DNA from: Macrostomum lignano
Lineage: Eukaryota
Length of the DNA: 64,000 nucleotides
Assembly: GCA_002269645.1 (NCBI GenBank)
Contig: NIVC01003929.1
Span: 1 to 64,000, forward strand
Direction of reading: 5' to 3'
Shown: positions 63,746-64,000 of the stretch, piece after piece
Layout: each line of letters opens with the position of its first letter
Numbering within the stretch: position 1 is the stretch's first letter
Notes under the pieces: generated by a model
What the model was told of the DNA's origin: nothing
Seen by the model: the letters and a program-made list of their open reading frames with translations, nothing else
The model's database searches: none
Position numbers and translations under genes: made by a program

Positions 63746-64000
63746 TCATTCCGGATACAGCGGCACAGACTTGAGCGCGTCCGGCACGTGTAACAGGTGA
63801 CGAATAGTCGGCCTGCCGTGCGGACAATTCCATGGCTGGTCCAGTTCGGCTAGGCTAGCGAGGATTCTCGCCCGCTGCCTGGCGTCAAGAGCGTCGCCGA
63901 TCATAACGGCCGATCGGCAGGCCCTGCTAGCCAGCATAGCGCGAACCCGGCTAGGCAGTAGCAGTGGCAGCGGCGGAAGCGTCGCCTCGGCGGACACTTC
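63746..64000 (-). CDS. PMS2: Mismatch-repair endonuclease PMS2 (MutL family), C-terminal exon; the gene continues beyond the window
   Basis: PSRVRAMLASRACRSAVMIG…LDQPWNCPHGRPTIRHL contains the ACR and CPHGRP motifs characteristic of the PMS2 C-terminus; TGA at 63746-63748. Confidence 0.95.
   Translation of the reverse strand, partial: EVSAEATLPPLPLLLPSRVRAMLASRACRSAVMIGDALDARQRARILASLAELDQPWNCPHGRPTIRHLLHVPDALKSVPLYPE

Overview
Eukaryotic (invertebrate) genomic DNA. GC-rich, CTG/GCC-biased coding exons are separated by AT-richer spacers with very dense micro- and minisatellites. The overall style resembles the flatworm Macrostomum lignano; this is inference, not a database match. Supportable genes: (1) a tandem pair of divergent TRPV-like channel genes on the minus strand (one frameshifted and running off the window start, one largely intact); (2) two intronless, divergent class-A GPCRs; (3) a cGAS-like receptor (Mab-21/cGLR) ORF that lacks its own ATG and joins two upstream orphan ORFs in frame through plausible splice sites, giving a predicted 1131-aa protein with about 495 unrecognised N-terminal residues and a degenerate active site; (4) a two-exon Lox2/Lox4 (Ubx/Abd-A-type) Hox gene, missed by the ORF track, with a WPWM hexapeptide and a splice donor amplified into a minisatellite; (5) a stand-alone THAP ORF; (6) the last exon of PMS2. 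Mobile DNA: two tRNA-derived CORE-like SINEs, an RTE-type LINE remnant, a Tc1 remnant, Helentron/DINE-1-like elements, a MITE and an apparently exact 1301-bp tandem duplication. There is also a perfect 44-bp hairpin whose loop holds an inverted copy of a nearby satellite. Most long ORFs in the ORF track are translations of repeats. All gene models were built by hand and need RNA-seq confirmation.
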